NCBI RefSeq assembly: GCF_009834535.1
Contig: NC_045697.1
Span: 34,226,001-34,290,000 of the forward strand
Direction: 5' to 3'
Length of the DNA stretch: 64,000 bases
Source: Camelus ferus
Taxonomy: Eukaryota
Made by a program: the position numbers and the translations under genes. How positions within the stretch are numbered: position 1 is the first letter of the stretch; every line of letters begins with the position of its first letter. This document shows, piece after piece, positions 52,046-64,000 of this stretch. Under the pieces are notes generated by a model. It was not told the DNA's origin and ran no database searches. It saw only the letters and a program-made list of their open reading frames with translations.

Positions 52046-53984
52046 TATCAGAGAAGGAAAGTAAAGAAATAATCCCTTTTAAAATTGCATCAAAAAAAAA
52101 ATACTTAGGAATAAATCTGACTAAGGAAATTAAAGATGACTTAAAGGAATGGAAAGATAGCCCATGTTCTTGGATTGGAAGAATTAATATTGTTAAAATG
52201 GCCATACTACCCAAAGCAATCTAGAGATTTAATGTGATCCCTATCAGATTACTCAGGACATTTTTCACAGAACTGGAACAAATAATCCTAAAATTTATAT
52301 GGAATCACAAAAGACCCAGAATTACCAAAGCAATACTGAAGAAAAGGAACAAAAGCTGGAGGAATAACCCTCAGACTTCAGACAATACTATAGAGCTACA
52401 GTAATTAAAATAACTTGGTGTTGGTGCAAAAACAGACCCATATAGATCAATGAAATAGAATAGAGAGCCTGGAAATAAACCAGTAAACTTTTGGTCAATT
52501 AATCTTTGACAAAGGAGGCAAGAACATACAATGGAGTAAAGACAATCTCTTCAGCAAATGGTATTGGGAAAACTAGACAGCAGCAAGTAAATCAATGAAG
52601 TTAGAACGCTCCCTAACACCATACACAAAAATAAACTCAAAATGGCTTAAAGACTTAAATACAAGACACTATAAACCTCCTAGAAGAAAACATAGGCAAA
52701 ACATTCTCTGACATAAATCTTAGCAATGTTCTCCTAGGGCAGTATACCAAGGTGCTAGAAGTAAAAACAAAAATAAACAAATGGGACCTAGTTAAAACTT
52801 ATAAGCTTTTGCACAGCACAGGAAACTATAAGCAAAATGAGAAGAAAACCTATGGACTGAGAGAAAATACTTGCAAATTATGAGACTAATAAGGCTTAAT
52901 TTCCAGAATATACAAACAGCTCATACAACTTAGTAACAAAAAAAAAACCAAATCCAAAAATGGGCAGAAGACCTAAACAAGAAATTTTCCAATAAAGACA
53001 TACAAATGGCCAATAGGCACATGAAAAAATGTTCAATATTGCTAACTATCAGACTCAGCCCGCACAGATCATCCGAGTGATGATGGTCTTCATGTCAAAG
53101 TAGGACTGACACTGCTCCAGGGGAATAATGCAGACTTCTCCCTCTTGCAAATCAAAACTACAATGAGGATTCACCTCACACCAGTCAGAATGGCCATCAT
53201 TCAAAAGTCCACAAATGACAAACACTGGAGAGGGCGAGGAGAAAAGGGAGCCCTCCTACACTGTTGGTGGGTATGTAGTCTGGTGCAGCCGTTATGGAAA
53301 ACAGTATGGAGATTCCTCAAAAGACTAAAAATAGACCTACCATATGATCCAGAAATCCCACTCCTGGGCATATATCCAGAGGGAACCTTAGTTCAGAAAG
53401 ATACCTTCTCCCCAATGTTCGTAGCAGCACTATATACAATAGCCAAGACATGGAAACAACCTAAACGTCCATCAACAGATAACTGGATAAAGAAGTTGTG
53501 GTGTATTTATACAATGGAATACAACTCAGCCATAAAAAATGAATAAAATAATGCCATTTCCAGCAACATGAATGGACCTGAAGATTGTCATTCTAAGTGA
53601 AGTTAAGTCAGAAGGAGAAAGAAAAATACCATATGATATTTATATGTGGAATCTAAATTAAAAAACAAAAAACAAATGAACTTATTTACAAAACAGAAAC
53701 AGACTCACAGACATAGAGAACAAACATGGTTACCAGGGAGGAAGGGAGTAGGAGGGGGTAAACTGGGAGTTCAAGATTTGCAAGTACTAACTATTATATA
53801 TAAAATAGATAAATAACAAGTTCATACTGTATAACACAGGGACCTGTATTCAATATCTTGTAATAGCCTATGATGAAAATATATGTATGTTCATTATGAC
53901 TGAAATATTGTGCTGTGCACCAGAAATTGATACAACATTGTAAACTGACTATACTTCAATAAAAATTAATTAATTAATAATAAA
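52046..53984 (+). mobile_element. 5'-truncated L1 with 14-bp TSD
   Basis: ORF2 C-terminus ([10 protein letters not shown]...HCWW...QPLWK), 3'UTR and A-rich tail; TSD TAAAAAGATACCCA 52032-52045 versus TAAAAAGCTACCCA 53985-53998. Confidence 0.95.
53050..53149 (-). pseudogene. Duplicated fragment of the CORIN penultimate exon embedded in an L1
   Basis: Direct copy of 55852-55953 with 3 substitutions and one 2-nt deletion. Confidence 0.95.
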
Positions 53985-55831
53985 TAAAAAGCTACCCAAA
54001 GTGCTGAATTCCCACCACTAAAGAAGTTGGCAGGACCTGGTCCCTATTTGGGATTATGATATAAACATTCCTATGTCTATGTTGGGTCTTCACTTCTCTT
54101 TCAAAGAATCTCTTCCCCTCCCATTAGCAATTATCAAGAGATGAAGAGGCAGTAGTTTTTAGTAGACCTCCAGATCATGTTGGCAACAGGGTGAAATGTA
54201 TTCACATTAGTCATTGCTACTAGGATAGTGTAGTGGCCAAGCACTTGGATCCTGAAGCCAGACTGTCTGGGTTCATATCTGCATTCTGCCACGTTAATGC
54301 TGGGTGATATGGGGTAAATTACTTAACCTCTCTAGTCCTTTGTCTTCTTGATCTGTAAAGTAGGAAAAACGAGCATAATGACTGAGAATTAAATGAGTTA
54401 TTAGACAGTATTTAGAAGAGGTCCTGGAATATAGTAAGCACCAACTGATAGATGTTAACATTCACATGTTGATATTCATTGAAGGCATATGCCAGACATC
54501 ATATACAGCTGTGTTAAAAAATTGGGACTTTCACATATATTAACTTAATCTACATAACACCCTGCAAAACAGAATCAATACCATCTTACTCGGAAGAAAA
54601 CTTTCTAGAGAGGTTAAGTAACTTCTCCAGGTCACACTGTTCTTACTGGCAGAGATGGGATCCAACCCAGATCTTCCAGGTTGCCAATCATGTGTCCTAC
54701 GCCCAACACCGTGCTGCCTCCCAGAACACTTTTTTTTTTCTTTTTTTTTTTGGCGTGGGCTATCCAACCTAGGCCCCTTGCATGGAAGGCTAGGATTCCC
54801 CTACCACCGCCCGCCTCAGCTGGATGACTTGTGGCCAGTGGGGGCAGAAGGGAAGGTGACTCAATGAAACTTCAAGGGCACCATCTGCCTCCCTGTTTCC
54901 CATGACAACTGTCTAAAGAATCACCTCTGGGCCATTTCTGATCCTCTAATTTGCCCATTTTGAAATGGCCCATCTAAATGTCATTTTATATGCTGGGTTA
55001 GGGGCGATAACATTGTTGCATCTCTTCTCCGATTCTAAAATGTGGGGGCAGTTTGATCTTCTCCAAAGCAGTGAAACAACCAAGGTGCTTCAGAGCAGTG
55101 TAGTGTAGTAACTGCCTTCCCTACTCTGTTATAAGCTGCTTTGAGTGCTGGCCCCTTCTCCCCTGGGAGCCAGTCCAGGATAATACTGAATGAGTGTTTA
55201 AATAAAAATAAAAATGCTTCCCTGAATTGTTAAGTTAGCATGTTCTACGAACCATTGTGACTAGAAATCCTGATTCGAAAGGTCATGTGCAGTGACATTT
55301 GAAGACACACTAGCAATCAAGTGCAGGCCCAGACAACGCCAGTGTGATCAACTCCTGGAACACAGGTAGTTGTGTCACTCACCTGGGAGGCTGGGGTGTT
55401 GTGTGTACTTTAATGCCATCACCCCAGTGGTTGAATACGTCCTTGGTGTCTACCCCCCGCTTCCTTGGGCAGCCTGCGTGAAACCATGGGGACCGCAGGT
55501 GAGAGACCACCTGCTCTCGGAACACTGCTCCTCCTACCCGCTAAAATGGTGCCATGAGATGGACCAGAACAGTCGCTTTTCCTCCTGTTGCTGACCCCAT
55601 GCAGGAGGTGAGAGAGCAGAAGGCAACCTGAGTGGGGGACGTGGAGGTAGATTGGGGGAGGTAGATTGGTCCTGGGTAAAGGAAAACACCTGGTGAATAA
55701 TTAAACATTCGGTCACAAATGATTTTCAAAAAATGTTCCCAAAGGGCCACACATGAATAATAATGAGTTTAAGTGAACCCTATGAAGCCAGTGCTGAACT
55801 GAATCTCCTTGGTAACCAGAAAGCAACTTAC

Positions 55832-55965
55832 CATGCACGAGTCGACTGTGCCAGACTCATAGCCCGCACAGATCATCCGGGTGGTGATGGTCTTCATGTC
55901 AAAGTAGGACTGACACTGCTCCAGGGGAATAATGCGGACTTCTCCCTCTTGCAGCTTAAAAGGCA
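55832..55965 (-). CDS. CORIN: CORIN penultimate coding exon (S1-pocket Asp)
   Basis: tccAG|TG CCT TTT AAG ... [57 protein letters not shown]. Confidence 0.97.
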
Positions 55966-57462
55966 CTGGAGTTTTTAAAAAGAAGAAGTAAAATAAATGA
56001 GGCTAAAATAACCCAAAAATGAGGCTAGCCATATATGAAATGATTGTTTGCATCAGGAAAACCACATTCTTGACTTTAAAATGTCGTTTTAAAGACAAGG
56101 CTTGTTTGGAATCAGAATTTTCCAATTAGAAGTGCTGACGGCCATCATTTACTCAAAGCCCTTCATTTTGTTAATGAGAAAATTGAGGCACACAACTGCT
56201 TAGGTAACCTGGCTCGCACCTTTCCCCTTATGTGGCAACAAAACAATGGTTACTACAAAGAAAAGGTAGATAATTAAGGCGGAGCTCTGCCCCAGACTGG
56301 AGGCTTCCAGCTTAGTGACAGCTCAGCACGTAAGCCTGGTTCTGCTCAAGTTCAGAACACCTGTTCAGTCTAACGGGAAGGGCTGCCCCATCCTTGGCTT
56401 AAACGCTGTGTCTCACCACGTGCTACAGTAACCATCTTCTGAGGTAAGGACATTTTACCCTAGAGGATAAATCAGAAGAGATGTTGAGAGGGAAAAGCCA
56501 TCCCTTAGGGTCAACAGAGAGAATATGTAACTTGCATCTCGCTCGAAAGTCCTCACAGAATAACAGTTGATTTCTCAAAGCAAGACAGAAGGAATCTCTT
56601 GTTGGTTAGCCATTCTACAAAATACACACTGCTCTCCTTTTAGTGATGGTGAAGCAATGTCTATGGACAGGGTATCTTGTTGGAAGAAAGAATCATGTTT
56701 AGAAAAATCAATGCAATGCAGACAGTGGGAGTTTCCCAAGTTGTCATCATTCCCAAGGGCCACGGGAGTAAGCCTGATGTAACTGGAGTGGCCAGTGCTT
56801 ACCATTAAAGAAAATGTCTCCTTGATTAAATTCTTATGCTAAACTTCTAATAGGTCATGCAGAATGAGAGGGTCCTTTATGGGGGCTGAGAATAAACAGT
56901 ACACCCATTTTTTAAATCTCTGTATGTTTTGTATTTTGAGATCATCAAGCTATTTAAATCAGTTTAAATAGGCAAATCAATTTAAACAGTCCTTCTTTCG
57001 AGAAGGACTTCCAGGTTGTGTTACAGATGGTGATAAGACCAAATCATAACAAAGAGCTGGAAATGTCACCATGCAGCTTGATTGCAGGAGCGGAACTACC
57101 TAACTGCTAGGTGGAGGCTCTGAGTGACTTTGCCTACAGTGGGTTTAAATCACTGATGGAGACACTGCAAGGCAGGGATGACTGACAGGTCTCTTCTTGC
57201 ATGGCAGCTCCAAAACATTGGTAGCGGCTCCCTGGAGAAAGATTCTGAGGTATGGAGAAGGATTTTTGAGGTTGTATCTGGGCTTGGTAAGTTTAAGTGC
57301 ATTAGGAAGGACTGACGTCCTAGGATTTGCACAGAAGGGAGGGTGATACATATGCTAAGTATGATAAGTGAAAATAGGAAATTATTGCCAAAGACTAGGA
57401 AGTACCCCAGTGTTTTCCAGTTACAAGCTGAAAGGCAATTGCTCCTAAGGATCCTGACTTAC

Positions 57463-57734
57463 TTTTGTTGCCCATGTGTCCCCAGCCTGTGATATAGCAG
57501 TAAGTGTCAGGTTCTAATGACTGCTCCGGGCTGGGTAAGCAGACAGGTCTGACATAGCTTGTTTCACTGATGTCTTCGCTTAGCTCCACAATGCTGATGT
57601 CATAGTCCACCACTGCTCGACTATAGCGAGGGTGCAGGATGATGGTTTTCACGAGGCGCGTCTGCATGAACGTTGATGGGTGATCCAGATTATTGATGCC
57701 AAACACCACTTTCCAAACGGCAGCATTCTCTCTC
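57463..57734 (-). CDS. CORIN: CORIN coding exon (catalytic Asp)
   Basis: ttttAG|G AGA GAG ... AAA A|GTAAGT; RENAAVWKVVFG...HPRYSRAVVDYDISIVEL...VRPVCLP...CYITGWGHMGNK. Confidence 0.97.
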
Positions 57735-58199
57735 CTAAAATGATAATTCAAGAGCTACTGGCATCTTAAACTCAGATTTCTGTTTTAAAATTTACATAGG
57801 ATTTTAAAAAATATTTTATTGATATAAATAATGACTCTTTCCATGCTCATTTCCTATGTATTCATGTAAGAAGCCTTTATATAATGTCCTGAGCAGTTTG
57901 TAAATGTTGGATTATCGTGAAAAGCAAAGCTCGTTAATCTTGAATGGGGCTATTCTGGGAAATAAAACTTGTTCTGTTTGAAAGGGAGGTAGAGTAGTTG
58001 CTTCATCGAGTGGGAAAGATGATGAAAAGATGTGAAAAAGAGAAAGGTGACAAGAGGAAAAATGAAAAAGAATAAAAAGTCGAGGCTGAGAGATCCCTCC
58101 ATGAAGGAGCAAATGTCTCAGAGAAATGTCAAGTTTTCAGGGAAGGCTTCTGAAAATTTTAAGCCAGAGGCTTAAAAAGGTCACCCACAGCTTCTAATG

Positions 58200-59375
58200 G
58201 GCAGTATCAGACTTCCTTGTTTTTGAACATTTGTCAGCAATAGTCTAGTCAATTCCACCTTAAGACACTTCCGCCATTTGACTTCCAGGACTCTCCACAC
58301 CCCAGAATTTCCCTTCCTCTCTGCCGGGTCCTCCTCCTCTGCTCTCCGTGTCTGTACTGAAGTGCCCCAGGGCTCTGCCTTCAGCCTTCTCATTCTATAC
58401 TCACCACCCTTTAAGATTTCACCTTAGTCCAGTGGTTTTAAATGCCAGCTGTAGCCCTGTAATTCCCAAACTACATCTCCAGCTCCAACCTTTCCCTTGA
58501 GCGGCAGACTTGAGCAGCCGATTATCCATTCAACACATTCGCTTGGATGTTTTCTGTTGGCTAAGACTTACCAGCACTTCCTCTGTATTTGGCAATGTTG
58601 TAAGCATTCAGAATTCATTCCACACATATTTAATATTTATAACCACTGGTTATGCAGTTGAATCATCTCTTATATCCAACATTAAAGGCGTCAGCAAGTC
58701 TTCGCTACTCCTCTTTCAAATAGATCTTGAACGTTGTTTCTCCCTCCTCCACCATGACAATCCTAATCTAAGCTACTCTCATCTCCCAAATGGTGGCCTG
58801 TCTTCTACTCCTAGCCCCATAACCCATTCTCCCTACAGTTGCAGAGTGAACTTTCTAAAAATAAAACTAGAATCAAATCTATTTTCCACTCATAATTTTC
58901 CGATGACTTTGAATCTTACTCGAGACAAACTGCAGACTCCTATCCATGGCCTTCAAGGCCCCACATGACCTGCCCCATTCAAACTGCAGGGACTTCCTAT
59001 TTTTGGAGATGCCAAGGACATCTGCCACTCAGGGCTCTTCCCTTGCTGGTCTCTCAGCTCTCACTATGACTCCCTCTTTTACTCCTTTTTAGCCAGGTCC
59101 CAGCTCAAACATCACCTCCTCAAAGAGGTCGTCCTTGACTGCCCCTGTCTAGCCTTTACCCCCTCACTCTCTACTCTTGACCCTGCTTTAATTTTTGTCT
59201 CATAGCCCTCACTGATATCAATGACATTGATTTTTTTTTTGTCTACTTTCTGTCTTGCCCCCAGAATGTAAGTTCTGTAAAGCAAGAACTTGGCTGATAT
59301 TCCCAGGACCAAGTACCTGGCATGCAGTGCATTCTCAGCAAGTATTTGTTTAATGATAGCTCAGTGAATGACATT
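58200..59375 (+). mobile_element. L2 fragment
   Basis: Pyrimidine-rich L2 body ending GTACCTGGCATGCAGTGCATTCTCAGCAAGTATTTGTTTAATGA. Confidence 0.65.
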
Positions 59376-59429
59376 TCAAAATGTTTATTAGTGGCCAACT
59401 CTAACCACCTAATATATACATATGTGTAT

Positions 59430-59875
59430 ATAGATATACATAGTGGAATACTACTTGGCCATAAAGAAGAATGAAACAGTGCCATTTGCAACAATATGGA
59501 TGGAACTTGGAGGGTATTATGCTAAGCAAAATAAGTCAAAGAAAGACAAATACTGTATGATAGCATTTATATGTGGAATCTAAAAAATAAAGCAAACTAG
59601 TGAATATAACAAAAAAGAAACAGACTCACAGGTAAATTAGTAGTTACCAGTAGGGAGAGGAAAAGGGGAAGGGACAAGAAAGAAGTTGTGAATTAAGAGG
59701 TACAAACTACAATGTATAAAATAAATAAGTGACAAGGATATGCTGTTCAGCACAGGAAATATAGTCAATATTTTATAACTATAAGTGGAATATAACCTTT
59801 GAAAATTGTGATTCACTACATTTTATACCTGAAACTTATATAATATTGTACATCAACTATACCTTAATAAAAAGT
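59430..59875 (+). mobile_element. L1 3'UTR fragment
   Basis: GGAATACTACTTGGCCATAAAG...ATATTGTACATCAACTATACCTTAATAAAA. Confidence 0.85.
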
Positions 59876-60565
59876 TGATGTCATTATTTGAAAATCTATA
59901 CATATATATCTCTACACATATAGAGGGAAATATATATATATATATATTTTTTTTTCTCTATGCCAAACGTGCTAGGGATTACAATACTAAGCAAGAAAGA
60001 CACGATCCCTGCCTATACAAACTTCAGAACTGAGTGAGGATGAACGATTAAGGAGACGATGATAATCAAATGTAGGAAGTGCTATCTCATGAACATTATA
60101 GGATAACATTACAGAAGAATTATTTTTTATTAAATAAAGCCATCACTCAAAGAACATGCCTGTCTGCCTGCCTTCTCTCTCTCCCCTTCTTCCTCCCTCC
60201 CTCTCTTCCTCTCCTTGTTCCTTCAATTTTTTAGTCTAGAGGGATAAGTTCATGGCTCTCTGAGAAATTCAACATTCATGTGAGTTTCTATTGTTTAAGA
60301 TATCTGAAATCAAGCAATTATTGATTTCAAATGACTACCTATTTAATAGTTTCTTCCCTTGAATCAAATCTACTAAATTTTGGTTACAACAAATACTCAT
60401 CTAACTGGTTAAATCATAAGCAGTATGTCAAACAGTTGAATACTGCAAATGATCTGTAACAAAATGAAATAGTGTAAATTTCTATATTGCTAATAAAACT
60501 GCTAAATGCTGTTAACTTGTATCCAGTGATCTCTTGTGACACAAGCTACCATCCTTATGGCATTA

Positions 60566-60566
<1 letters not shown>

Positions 60567-60600
<34 letters not shown>
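60567..60600. repeat. (CA)n microsatellite
   Basis: Uninterrupted CA run. Confidence 0.95.
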
Positions 60601-60605
<5 letters not shown>

Positions 60606-60922
60606 GTACACAGGAAATTCACATACTTTTTGGCTTCAGTGAAGAAATTGTTCTATTTTCCTTCTTGTTATGAGTATAAAGGGAAAAAATAAAGTCTCTT
60701 TAAATTTTTTTTCCCAAATCTGGCAAAGCCCAGGGAAAACAAGAATCCGTTGTTTGAAATGGGGGCATGAAGTGAAGAAGATGTGTATAACTGGTATATC
60801 TGTATGTTAAGCTTGTGCTAGAAAGAATGTGAGTCACCCATCTGGGTGGAGGAGAAAAGAGGAAAGAGGATTTAGGGCTACATGATGGCCTAGTAATCTG
60901 GTTTCAGTTCAAAAGTACCCAG

Positions 60923-62655
60923 AAGAAATGGAAAGATATCCCATGCTCGTGGATTAGAAGAATTAATATTGTTAAAATGGCCACAGTGCCCAAAGCAATC
61001 CAGATTTAATATGATCTCTATCAAATTACCCAGGATAATTTTCACAGAACTAGAACAAATAATCCGAAAATTTACATGGAACCACAAAAGATCCAGAATT
61101 GCCAAAGCAATACTGAAGAAAAAGAACAAAGCTGGAGGAATAACCCTCCCAGACTTCACACAATACTACAGAGCTACATTAATTAAAACAGCATGGTATC
61201 AGCATAAAAACAGATATATGGATCAATGGAACATAATAGAGGGCCCAAAAATAAACACACACACCTACGATCAATTAATCTCTGACAAAGGAGGTGAGAA
61301 TATACAATGGAGTAAAGACAGTCCCTTCAGCAAGTGGTGTTGGGAAAGCTGGACAGCTGCATGTAAATCAATGAAGTTAGAACACTCTCACTCCATACAC
61401 AAAAATAAACTCAAAATGGCTAAAGACTTAAATGTAAGACAAGACACTATAAACCTCCTAGAAGAAAACAAAGGCAAAATATTCTCTGACATAAATCTTA
61501 GCAATGTTCTCCTAGGGCAGTCTACCCAGGCAATAGAAATAAAAGCAAAAATAAACAAATAGGACCTAATTAAACATCTAATCTTTTGCACAGCAAAGGA
61601 AACTATAAACAAAATGAGAAGAAAACCTATGGACTGAGAGAAAATATTTGCAAATGATGAAAGTGACACAGTTTAATTCCAGAATATACAAACAGCTCAT
61701 ACAGCTTAATAAAAAAAAAAAAACCCCAATCCAGAAAATGGGCAAAAGACTTAAACAAGCAATCCTCCAATGAAGACATATAAATGGCCAATATGCACGT
61801 GAAAAAATGCTCAGTGTTGCTAACTATCAGAGAAATGCAAATCAAAACTACCATTAAGTATCACCTCACACCAGTCAGAATGGCCATCATTCAAAAGTCC
61901 ACAAATGATAAATGCTGGAGAGGCTGTGGAGAAAAGGGAACCCTCCTACACTGCTGGTGGGAATGTAGTTGGGGGCAACCATTATGGAAAACAGTTTGAA
62001 GATTCCTCAAAAAGCTAAAAATAGACTTACTATATGATGTAGCAATCCCACTCCTGGGCATATATCCAGAGGGAACTCTAATTCAGAAAGATATATGTAC
62101 CTCAATGTTCATAGCAGCACTATTTAACCAAACAACATAAATGTCCATCAACAGATGATTGAATAAATAAGTTGTGGTATATTTATACAATGGAATACTA
62201 CTCAGCCATAAAAAGGAATAAAATAATGCCATTTGCAGCAACATGGATGGACCTGGAGATTGTAATACCAAGTGAAGTAAGCCAGACAAATAAAAATACT
62301 ATATGATATCACTTATATGTGGAATCTAAAAAAAAAAAATGATACAAATGAACTTATTTACAAAACAGAAACACTCACAGACATAGGGAACAAACTTGGT
62401 TACCAGGGTGGGTAGAGGGTAGAAAGGGATAAATTGGGAGGTCAAGATATGCGGATACTAACTACTATATATAAAATAGATAAACAGCAATTTTCTACTG
62501 TATAGCACAGGGAACTATAATCAACATCCTGTAGTAACCTTAGTGAAAAAGAATATGAGAAGGATTATGTGTATGTATATGTATGACTGAAACATCATGC
62601 TGTACACCAGAAATTGACACAACACTATAAACTGACTGTACTTCAATTTAAAATA
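60923..62655 (+). mobile_element. 5'-truncated L1 with TSD
   Basis: ORF2 remnants ([33 protein letters not shown]); TSD AAAAGTACCCAG at 60911-60922 and 62656-62667. Confidence 0.95.
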
Positions 62656-63314
62656 AAAAGTACCCAGTAGAAAGACACATAGGAACAAACTATGTTCATG
62701 TGGCCATTTTAGTGAAGAATTAAATTGGGCTACAAAGACAAAAAAGCCAAGAATAGCAGCTGAAAATCTTCAGCATACAGGGGATTTTTTTCCCCAGTGC
62801 TGTCAGACCTCAAAGCAGCAGCAAGGAGAACTGGCACAGCCTTAAAGAAGTTTGTGCGGAGATCCTCATGCTCTGAGAATGAGGAAGCAGCCAAGGTGAA
62901 GCCAACTGAAACTCCACCACCCACAATACAAGTGACCAAAGAAAATGTTAAGAGACCTTTTCCTCCCTTCATTCTTGCTCCAGAGGGTATTTCACTACAA
63001 GAAATTCACATTTAATTTGCTTCATGTTTATACTACTGTTTTAATAATGACTATACATTATAGACAGCATTGAAATAAGATGATTTCAGCTCCCAATTCT
63101 TCAATGATCACCTACTTAACACTTCAGATGCATTATGACATCCAGGCAGTTTATACAGAATTGCAGGCACAATGTCTCTGGACACAATAACCAGATTCAG
63201 TTTGCAATTTTCCACACTCAACTCTAGTTTAGACATGAATTTGCCACATTTTCACTTAATTCAGCTGGCCAGGTTTAGAGATTTTCTTCAATAAAAAAAT
63301 TGAAAAAAATTAAA

Positions 63315-63457
63315 TTATAAGGATATATTGTACAACACAGGGAATACAGCCAATATTTTATAACTATTAATGGAACATAACTTTTAAAAATGGTGAATCA
63401 CTATATTGTACACCTGTAATATATAAGATTGTACATCAACTGTACTTCAGTAAAAAG
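63315..63457 (+). mobile_element. Short L1 3' tail
   Basis: AAGGATATATTGTACAACACAGGGAATACAGCC...TGTACATCAACTGTACTTCAGTAAAAA. Confidence 0.75.
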
Positions 63458-64000
63458 GGATATAACTACTGATTAAAAAGAATGTTTTGAGAAAAGGATA
63501 GAATATGTCTAGAGACACTTTAGAGCAAGCTTAACAGAGATGGGAGAGTTTGAGTGCCAAATTCTGATTTACCATCACAAATGATTGCAGTAAGAAAATG
63601 AAGAATTAGCTAAAAAGTAAATCTGACCTTGAATCCCAGAACTTCAAAATACATAAGGATTCCAGAGCTTGAAACCAGAAAGTTTATCAAAGAGCAGTGG
63701 CATGAAACTGTAGCAAAAAGCCTTAGTCATAGTGAAAGCAGGGGTTTGTTTAAAAAGAAAAAAAAAAAAGCAGGAAAAATGAAAATGGCTTCTCAGCAAA
63801 ATGTGTGGGAAGAACAAGAAAAGAGGAAAATTTCTATCAGTGTTAAATGATGTAGTATTAGTAGGTAACTAAGACAAAGAAGAACTATTTGAAATTTACT
63901 TCTAATTTCTCCACTCGAGAAGCATGATTTTCAGACAATATCCAGAAGACTCATCCTCCATGCGATGAAACTTATAAGGGCTTAATACACTGAAATGTTG

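Noticed and set aside
53050..53149. The exon copy as an alternative (mutually exclusive) CORIN exon
   Set aside because: Lacks both native splice sites and carries a 2-nt frameshift.
60969..61562. 197-aa ORF (and the 133-aa ORF at 53145-53546)
   Set aside because: Frameshifted L1 ORF2 remnants in 5'-truncated elements, not host genes.
52032..62667. Similar TSDs (AAAAG(N)TACCCA) for two L1s, suggesting duplication or a targeting motif
   Set aside because: Flanks are unrelated, 5' truncation points differ, and the A-run is the normal L1 endonuclease preference; the rest is probably chance.

Overview
Mammalian genomic DNA, most likely a camelid (two Vic-1-like tRNA-derived SINEs). The window holds the 3' ends of two convergent genes. 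ATP10D (P4-ATPase lipid flippase, + strand) has 14 coding exons at 5903-42910, all with GT-AG boundaries and consistent phases. CORIN (serine protease, - strand) has its last three coding exons at 57734-47006. Introns contain L1, L2, MIR, MaLR, MER82, MER20 and MER58 repeats. Most ORFs in the supplied track are spurious. Main observations: (1) a ~100-nt copy of a CORIN exon inserted with 4-nt microhomologies inside an intronic L1; (2) ATP10D stops early in its last exon and the former C-terminal tail is decaying in the 3'UTR; (3) an 88%-identical inverted MIR pair in the last CORIN intron; (4) a GC/CpG-enriched patch suggestive of GC-biased gene conversion. Comparisons with human proteins and repeat consensuses are from memory, not from searches, and repeat boundaries are approximate.
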